A stretch of 45,436 bases of DNA, the filler included, from Catajapyx aquilonaris (Eukaryota): assembly GCA_000934665.2 (NCBI GenBank). It is 2 parts of 2 records of this genome, joined end to end, with 100 filler letters (N's around TTAATTAATTAA, not from the genome) between each part and the next. Parts side by side here need not be neighbours in the genome. Positions count along the whole stretch, not along the records: positions 22,783 to 45,436 come from JYFJ02005834.1; 1 more part is not named here. The stretch is one strand, 5' to 3'. The position numbers and the translations under genes were made by a program. The notes beneath the pieces were generated by a model. The model had not been told where the DNA came from and made no database searches. It was given only the letters and a program-made list of their open reading frames with translations. Shown one piece after another: positions 36,401 through 45,436 of this stretch (the stretch's first letter is position 1; every line of letters begins with the position of its first letter).

Positions 36401-38205
36401 AGCTTTTATGTTAATGCAAATTATAGCAGTGTTGTATAATAACAAAAATGTCCAGAGGGTATATATGAATGAGGAGTTTCTCTCTCTCTCTCTTTTTTTT
36501 TTTTACGGCTGGGACCACCATATTCTGTAAAACAAAATCTGGCCAGATTTGTATCATCGCTGAGTGTGGTGCTTCTCTGCCCATAGTGCTTTCAAAATTT
36601 CATGGAAAGTGTTTTTCTCTCTGCAATCAAGTAATTCACTAGGATATTTTACAAATAAAGTGAATTTTTGGGGCTCTCTACATTATTTTTTTAAGCTGAT
36701 TTTGAGAGGTTTTGTGGCAACTTGTACATTACTATCAAAAGACAAGATTCTAACTTTACAATTTTAAAATTATAACATCGATGATGTTCTAACTTGATGT
36801 ATGAAGTTTTAAAAGCACTGGAACAATGTAATTAAGACTTTTGTTATGAGCAGGTAAAGAAGCATATCTCAAGCATAACTCGAGTAATTCAAGTGAGCCT
36901 TATCTGGTAAAGCATCATTCTAGTCCATCCAGCAAGCCTTAACTTGGAATTCCAGGAATTTTTCCAAGCTGGTAGATGTAAATGCTTACTTTGTTTATAG
37001 TCTACTGGATAATAATTGAAACTTCCCAAGTAACGTGTTCTTTGCATTTTTTAAGTGAAGCCTCTCTGTGACAGACCCTGGATTTAGCCGACATGTTCAT
37101 TTGAAATCTGGGTTTGGCCTGGTGGTGAATATTTTATTTCTTTTTATGCAATGGAAACCTGTTCAACAAGAATTCTGTAATTATATGTTACAGATAGGTT
37201 TCACTGTATTACAACCAAAATGATTTCAATGCTGTAATTTCAACCAAGAGGTACTGTACAGTCAGTATTGGAGCAGCAGGGTGGGTCGTATAGTTGACAT
37301 GTTTTTTCTCTGGTATATGTGTGTGTAAACAGGTTGCACCACTGACCAGAAACATTTTTCAGTGGACAAAGTGCCAGGAAAGTGAACAGTTTTGTGGTCA
37401 TCAATTTAAAACCTGAACTGTACCAATTTTCTTGTCACTTCTTGGCCACTGTGCAATGTAATCCTGACATCCATCCGTATTTCTTGTAACAGTATAGCTA
37501 TATTTTGACTCATGTTAACGACACAAAATAGCCTCTAGTCAGAAAGAGACCAAAGAATTTAATGTTATTCTGTGGCCATGTGATGCACTTAGCATTTTAA
37601 CTTCACAATATTTGATGTAGAGTCATTTCTCCTTTTTGGTGCCATCCAAACGCAACAGTTGCTTCTTGTTGTTGGTACTCCCACAGGAGATTGGTAGTTA
37701 TATTCTCGTATCTTTGGTACACAAGAGAAATCCACTTATTAAAAAAAACAAACTGGCTTCAAGATATTCCGATACAAAGACGAAGGATGATGATGATAAA
37801 AGAGTGGACTTTGCTTACGTGCTAGTGAAGGCGAATCAAGCAAAATCCGGGCTTGTTGGCTTATTATGAATCTTGACCACCAAACAGATGTCACCATGTG
37901 AAAAATACTTATAAATTCCTCAAAATGACCAAAATCGGAGTTAGTGGATATTGTTTGTACTAGTTGTACACTGATGATATAATGCCAATTCATAAATCAC
38001 GTTACCAATAAGATTTCTATATACTGTATAATTTTAGTTCATTGCAGTGTGCTAAAAGTACACAACTAGTCTGCAACCAAATCCGTCCAGTACATCACAA
38101 ATGTAATAGTTAGTCAGTGATGATGCACGTTCCGTCCAGAAATGTTATTTATTTTCATGTACAACATATTATAATTTGATGTAAAAAAACTGAATTTGTA
38201 GATTT

Positions 38206-38211
38206 AATAAA
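38206..38211 (+). terminator. Candidate ARL6 polyadenylation signal
   Basis: AATAAA at the end of an AU-rich 3'UTR-like stretch, followed by T-rich sequence. It implies a ~1.8-kb 3' UTR. Confidence 0.35.
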
Positions 38212-38633
38212 AGAAATGTAAGCAACATCTGTCATTAATTTTCCATGCCTCAACTTTCACTTTTGGTTATTAGTAAACAACTATTGAGTGTGACAAGTTG
38301 TGAATCATGTACTAGCATCACACTTGCAGCTGTCCAATATTGCAGAGTGTGGGTCCTGACTTATTCATGTCATTTATTCTTTATGCTGAAGGTTGTACTG
38401 ACCATGAGTGTGCTTCTTCACACTAGTCATCCAGCAAGGTTAGATTCTAGCGTGTGATTGAGCTTGGAGTCATATTACATGTTGAACATTCCAGATATTG
38501 CATGACAATTTCCCACCGTGAACTGTAATGTATACGGTATACTCTTGTGAAGAATTTGTGTCGCCTACATGTTACGTATAAGATTCATGGTAACTTTTGT
38601 TTTTTAGGTCTGATCTAAAATATTTTGTGTGTC

Positions 38634-38686
38634 ACTGCAGTACTCATATCCCAGCAATATTACTGCGGGGATATGAGTACCGCAGT
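38634..38686. repeat. Short near-perfect palindrome/hairpin
   Basis: ACTGCAGTACTCATATCCC...GGGATATGAGTACCGCAGT, 19-bp arms with 1 mismatch. Confidence 0.75.
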
Positions 38687-41490
38687 AATTAGGTCACCAG
38701 TGAAACAACTAAGCCTTAATAAATAATGACATTTACTGGTACAAACATATTATATTTATAAAATACGGGTTTGGCTCTTTAAAAATGATCCCCACATTTC
38801 AATAGAAATCTTTTGTCAACATGTTTTGAATGAGACTAAATTCAAAAGTTACTCTCATTTTAAACTGTGCTGTGCAACATTATTTCATGCCGGAGTGTAC
38901 TTGAGGCTAGAACAATGTGGCATATTTCCTCTCGAATGAAAACCTGGTGCTACATCATAAACCCCCATTATTAACAGTTAACCTCCAGTGCCCACACGGC
39001 CACTTATCAGGCTCCATGCTTCACGTCTCCGTGGCACGCACACTATTACAAAATCGATGCTGTTTCATTTTTTTTCCCCCTTTCCTCCTCTTGTCCTTCA
39101 CTCTTACCTACCTGTACAATGTCTAGCATGAATGACTAGCAAGCCAGCCACTTAAACTTGGCGCAGGGGGTCATTCAGTCTCAAATTTGACCAAAGTCGT
39201 GGCCCGACCACCGAGGAGTGTGGGAGGAAAATAATGTAATAATGTGAATACATACCCAGAAGTTGATCATACTTTGCAATTTAATGAGCATCATATTACC
39301 TGCATGTGGCATTATACGTATTTCTGCAGTCAATTGCAACAAACATATGCTCACAATATGTATCAAATTGAAGATAATTATAGTGAGGAATTGTTGATAA
39401 TTATTGTTTTTGTAGTAGCTCATAAATGTATATGAAAATTATTTTCTCCTAAAGGGAAATAGTCACAATTAATATTTGCGACGTTACAAAAATTTACAAA
39501 ATTTGACCTCATGAATTATTTACAAGTGATGATAAATGCAACTGTACATTTCATGACTTTTTCATTGACAAATGTATCATCGATTGTCACTTCCTAGTAA
39601 ATGGCTCGATGAAAGACTTTATATGAAATGCCAAAAAAAATGCGAACTTTGACCCGCACAATCCACGAGGTGCAAAGCATGTTGGCGAGAGAGACCCGGG
39701 GCTTAATCAATATCTTGTTAAAATTCCGAGCCATTTCTGGTGGTGTGGGGAAAATGGTCGAATATAAAGTCCAGGACTTGTCATATTCGTGGCTATCGTG
39801 CGAATGAGTTCATGGCCTTTTTCGCGCGGATCGAAACGGGGAAAATTTTTGCGAAAAAATGAAACGGGGTGAAAACCACCGATCGTGAAAATTTGGTGCC
39901 CATTTATTATACGTACACACAATGCTGTTTACAACATTATGAAATTTACACATTTTACATTGTGGAACTATTGCAAATTTACAATTAGTAGTTATGTAAA
40001 AAGTATACAAACTCGGCTAACTATCCAGTGAATTTATTTCTTCTCTCTCTCTCTCTACCAGCAGGTACACATCGAAATCGCGTTTTCCGATTGCAGCGGA
40101 TGTAATTACCCTCCCGCGTCACGTCCCAATGCAAAGTTTAATCAAAGTTTGTGAAAAAAAAGAGAGAAAAAGAGCAGGGGATGAATTCGCCATGGGAATT
40201 ACGTGCTCTGGATGATGACGAAACCGTTGGTTTCACCGTCGCCAATTTTCTTTCTCCGAAAGGAACACCCTTTTGTGTAACGAGATTCGTGGAAATAATG
40301 TGACTAACAAGACCTTTCAGGGCACACTCTTGAAAATTTGTATGTCTCTTCAAGACGCGGTGTTACACGCAGCGACAAGTTGCGGATTGTTCACTCCAGC
40401 AACCACCCAGCTTCTGTTGCATCTGGTTGATAGAGTAAACAATTCTTATATTCCACTTCGAGTCTTTGACGACAAACTAATTTTTAAAGTCACATTAGAA
40501 AAGTCCAATTCTATTTTGTTTAAATTTTTTTAAATTATCAATAGGAAAGTGAATAATTAAGGGCCATATTCAACAATTGAATATATTATTAGTATGTAAT
40601 ATTTATGCAAACAATGCTAAAGAGTGCTTAAAATGTCTCCACTGAATTTCATATTTTGTACGAGAATTTTTGCAATGCATCGACAAACATAATTCTGTAA
40701 ATTACGAAGTATACACCTGACAAATTTATAGTCACCTTTTTTGCTAATTTCGCCAAATATCCTCCTGAGACCAAATGTCCATTTAAATGGACATCTGGAA
40801 AAGTTAAAATGATTTTTTTAAAAAAGGTCTTTAAAACAATATTACTTTTTGTGAATGTTGTTAAAAGAACAAACTGGACTGTTATAAAATTGAAGTTAGG
40901 CTAATTTATTTTCTGGAGAATATGCCCCCTGAAAAGTCTAAGGCTGTACAATAAATAAATAAATAAATACAGTTCATTGTCATAATTACTTGTTTGCAAA
41001 AAAATTACATTTTAAGCTGACAACGATTTTACATCACCCCGTACAAAATCGTGCATTTTTTTTAAAATGAGCCAGACATTCTCCAAGCTATAATGACGTT
41101 ATAACCTCTTTCGGAACTAAAATAGGGCGTGAAAAAATCGCCTGCGAACAGATTGGGCTGTCATAAGATTTTTTTGAAAAACTCTTACGACACCCATTCA
41201 TATATCACCCTCAAAAATATTTTGGAGGTGGTTCAGACGTAATGCATAGGGGGGTCGACCCTATTGCGGTCACTTTCCTCGCACGCACACAAATCCTGCG
41301 ACATGCACATGTTTTCCGCATCATGCGACCTTCCAAGTTACAAAGGATTCCAATCAAGACTATGAGTAGAAAAATCTCCTCAAAATCCCTTTTAAGCTAT
41401 TTCAAACCCGGTCATGCGAGAGAGGCTTATTACATTACAAAATTAATGGACGTACTGTGTGTGTCGCCAGCAACAGAAAAATAAACCGAT

Positions 41491-42290
41491 CTATACTGAG
41501 AGTACATTGGACTTGAATTCGTCGGATTCGGGCACGCTCTGGTATCGAAGTCTGATCTGCGAACACATGTGTCCGCATGCTTGGCAACACGGTGCACAAA
41601 ACGACTGGGCCAATACCTCCCAGAAGTTTTTGAACATTGCCATGTTGAACTTCCAAGCTCGAAGACAAGGACCCAAGCACCATATATGCTGCGAAATGAA
41701 AGGAAAACATATCATGTGTCAACACTGCATAAAATATTCAGGCACTTTCATGCCTCGGTATACAACATGCAAACATTTACCTCTGAAAGGAAGTGCGGGC
41801 TTCTTTGAATAAAGTAGTGTAATGCGTACCTGAAATGCGAGGCAGGCGAAATTGCATCCCATGCAGAAGGCCACACATGGTGCGAATATTGCTGCCATCA
41901 CGGTGTAACAGCACGTCTTGGTCCCTCGAAAGCAGCGGTAACTCAGCTGCCACACTTTGTCGTTACTGTGCATCCCACTCGGCTCACCAATCACGTCTTC
42001 CCACATTACCTGAAAACATTAATTTTTTGGATAATATTCGGAGAGAATTAGTCAGAGTTGATTTATTTTGCAAACTAACCACTATAGGGACATATCACTT
42101 GTAAATTAATTAAATTGCTATTTTGTTAATTATTGTGGCTTTTACCTGCAGGTGTTCGTTGAGATTGTTGGGATCTCTGTTTTCCAGGTCCAGTTCGGTC
42201 CCCATTGTTCCTATCATGTTGGGAAAATTAACTGCGGGTGAAGGTGCGCGATAAGAGCAGGTTCAATTAAATTACGCTTGACTTACCCAT
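41491..42290 (-). CDS. CAV: Caveolin (invertebrate, Cys-rich), about 145-155 aa
   Basis: Minus-strand exons 42231-42146, 42009-41830 and 41688-41491 (GT-AG, phase 0/0), plus a possible first coding micro-exon 42290-42287 (ATGG|gtaagt, 55-nt intron) that is in frame. Alternative in-frame ATGs lie at 42217 and 42205. The protein reads ELDLENRDPNNLNEHLQVMWEDVIGEP (caveolin RDP motif and FEDVIAEP-like signature), then a scaffolding-like segment, a hydrophobic intramembrane segment and HIWC. Confidence 0.9.
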
Positions 42291-45200
42291 ACTGCGAACA
42301 AAAAGGGACGATCCTTTTTTGGCCCACGTCTTGGCTGCTTTTTCTGGCTACCTTTCGAGCGATAAATTGTTGTACTCGGCGGCTGCTTCCCGTATATTGT
42401 TGCCTGCACCGACCTTGCACTGAAACTGGAGTGAACAAGGTGTCAGGCAAATAACCCCTGCGAGAGAATGTGACATGATAAAAAAACGTTGCGTGCTGTA
42501 CATGTATCGATCTTAAGGGAGGCACACAACTGAAGTGAAGGTCCCCGCAATATTTAAGGACTCGGAGGAGGTGACAATCACGTGTCAGGGGTTTATTGCA
42601 CCCCGCAAAATATTTAACGACTAATTAGTCTGAGAGGATGTCTATTATCTCTGCAGCTGCCAGTATTCATTAAATATGTGAAACTAGGTTGAATAAAAGC
42701 TGTCTTCCTGTTGTGGACTGCTAATATCTGCTATATTCAATTACTAATAATAACTAGTTAACTACCTATATGTACAGAATTAAGTAATGACAAATGTAAT
42801 AGTGTAATTACATATAGCAATAATATCATATAAATAATGCTTAATATGTTATGCGAGTAGGTAAATAAAGTACGTAATAAATAAAAATGATATAATATAA
42901 ATACGTATAAATAGACTATAATGTATCAGGAGTAGCCTACGCAAAAAAAGAAAATACAAAAATATTAAACAAAGTAATTATAAATTATCTCCAAGTGTTA
43001 CAAAAAATGAAATGTTAGAAAATGACAATCAAATGTACTTCAGAAAGTACGTAGTAATAATGAACTTGTTTTTAATTTTATTTTATATAAAAAAATTGCT
43101 GTCAATATATTTTAGCGAGTCGTGCGATGTGCTGTGTGTGTCGTGCTTGTTCAATAATAGATTTCTATACCTCTTTCAACTTTTCAAAAGCATTCATTGA
43201 TTCCTAAATCGTTTGCACTACAAAAAGTCCCACGCATTGCTGTATTATACTATTAAAATGGCAAGCCTGCAAAGATTTCGTAACCTCCACGTCTTATTAA
43301 ACCCGCCTGCATAATGAAGGCGAGCAATTTGTTCATCAATTTTTCTATCGTGATGGATAAAAAGTTTCTGACAAGCAAGCTCCATAAATAACTTAATAGG
43401 CGGGGAAAGGTTTTGGCTATTGGATAGATGATGTGCGACGTACTTTTTTTTTCTTTCTATAGTACAGCCCGCCTTGCAGCCTTTGAATCCTTCGAATAAC
43501 GCACAGCTGTCCGTCTGTTTTGACAGGCCCTTGAATCGATTGCCGAACTTCAGAAGGTTCCGGTTATAAATAATGCAGTGGGAGATGGGATTGTTTAAGA
43601 CCTATTCAGGCGAGACCTTGACACATATCAAGATCCGAAAATTTGTGCTTTGGTGTGTCAACACGCACTGGTATCATCACATCAATATTGCATCAATAAT
43701 ATTGCAAAAAAAAAATGATGTTCAAGGCAGAAGTCAACTGACGAGGCTCACGTAATTGCAAAAGTACAGACCATTGTTGGCATAATGTTTTATGTAGCCT
43801 ACAGGTCATATTGATTGAATGGGGCGGTTTGCACAAACCAATAAGCAAGAACAACAAAACATCATTTTGGTGTAGAAAAGTGATGAATAATGAGAGACGA
43901 AGTTATTATTAACATAGCACATATTCATGGCGTCCATTTATAGGACACTTCTACAGTACAATTGTTAGATTTTTAGTTTATTGCGTTTGCTCTTCATTTG
44001 CTCATAAAAATATGTTAAAAACTTAAACAAAACATTCAGGCATAATTATCTGACTTAACTGAGGCCAGTTGCATGATCAGATGACATTTGATTTTTACAT
44101 TATTAGTACCTGTAAATTAGTATTTAGTAAACAATAAGGACTAATATCCAGCTGCAGATTTTTAAACAATTTTAATTAAAATTCCCATACAGATTATCTC
44201 ACATTGCATACGCTTGCAAGGGCCTATAAACATTGGACAAAATTCCATATTCATTGGGTAGGCCTACTAACATTTAAAAATGTTAGTAGAGGTTAGTAGT
44301 TAGTAAATGTTTGTAAGTAATAATGTATACAATGCTGAAATTTTGTACAATGTAGGCCCATGCAATATTATGCAATGTTAGATCATATAATCAGTACTTG
44401 AATTTAAATTAGTTTAAAATATAATGTACAGCTGGATATATCAGTCCTTATTGTTTAATTGTTGAATACTTTTTTTTTGGTGTGCTAACCCTTTAGACGC
44501 AAGCCAAGCACTCACCCGAGAATTCCAGTCCCTCAGGATAAAAGTTCCAGTCTCACCGAATGACCCTCCAGCCTTATAGCCGAGTCTGATAGCAATTAAG
44601 AAACTCGCTTTTTCGGCATCAAGACTACGACTGCTATTGCGGCCAGAGTGGACGGCACTAAAAGGCAACTTGTAGCTTCTTTTTTCGATCCACTTTCCTA
44701 GGAGTCTAGGGGGAAACCTCAGAAAGAGAGAAAGAAAAAAATGGTGGGGGATGGCTTTTATAGAAATTTAAAGATTCTTTTAATCGATTGAGAGAGATTT
44801 TCTTTTTTTGGTTTCAATGGGCAGTTAAAAGAGGACATTACATGGCTGAAGATGTGTTTTTAAGGTGCGATTTAATGGGAGTTGATCTTCTTAATGGCTT
44901 TTATATACTATATGAGCTGGCACCTTCACATCAATCGGAATTGAATTGGATTTAATAATTTAGGAGACTGTCAGTCAAAATCATATCAGTGTGAAAGAGG
45001 CAAGGTGGTCCGTTGGGTTCATTTGGTGACGTTTTCTGTGTTGATGCAATGGCCCTTAATTAATTACACGTATCACTTTATGACAGGAACTCATGAGGGA
45101 CATGAACATAATTCAACAAATTCAAGGGAAAATAACTGTAATATTGCATGAGTTTAATCATGAAGGTAAATATGCTTCGCCTAGTTAATGAAAAACTAGT

Positions 45201-45436
45201 CACATCTGATTTATTGCTCGAAGGAACAATTATTGGCCAAAATGTTTTGTTGACTTTTTCTCATGCCAGTAATGAAGCTTGTACGCCATATTTTGTAGCT
45301 ATCAGAAAATCTGCCATTCAGGTGCTCCATTAATTTATGATGCAGTCATATCTCGACTTATTTTTTGCTAACTTCCTGTGAACATAGACAAAATAATTAT
45401 AATCAGACTGCCATATTCTTCCAGTCTTCATTACAT

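Noticed and set aside
35757..42290. Functional ARL6-caveolin cluster (ciliary membrane trafficking)
   Set aside because: Only adjacency supports it, and I saw no X-box upstream of caveolin; it would need conserved synteny or co-expression.

Overview
Eukaryotic, intron-containing genomic DNA, most likely from an arthropod (it carries an ABCH-type transporter). An artificial 100-bp scaffold gap containing a six-frame-stop linker (22683-22782) splits the window. The left ~22.7 kb has no recognisable protein-coding gene. It holds GC-rich islands, microsatellites, several MITE/hairpin relics and an apparent excess of the octamer ATGCAAAT. The right ~22.6 kb holds four genes whose exons I spliced by hand into open frames: (1) a 10-exon ABCH half-transporter (+, 682 aa); (2) a 4-exon Myb/SANT-like (Harbinger-Myb/MSANTD-type) protein with two unrelated 33-nt coding repeats (+, 487 aa); (3) ARL6/BBS3 (+, 189 aa); and (4) a Cys-rich caveolin (-, about 145-155 aa). 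The most interesting signal is regulatory. RFX X-box matches sit upstream of ARL6 (expected for a BBS gene) and as a triple cluster with an Inr and a splice donor upstream of the neighbouring Myb/SANT gene. This suggests a transposon-related DNA-binding protein may have been recruited into the ciliary (RFX) programme. A compound TTAA-flanked piggyBac-like MITE with a long internal hairpin sits in an intron of that gene. All gene models and motifs were read by eye, with no database or expression support.
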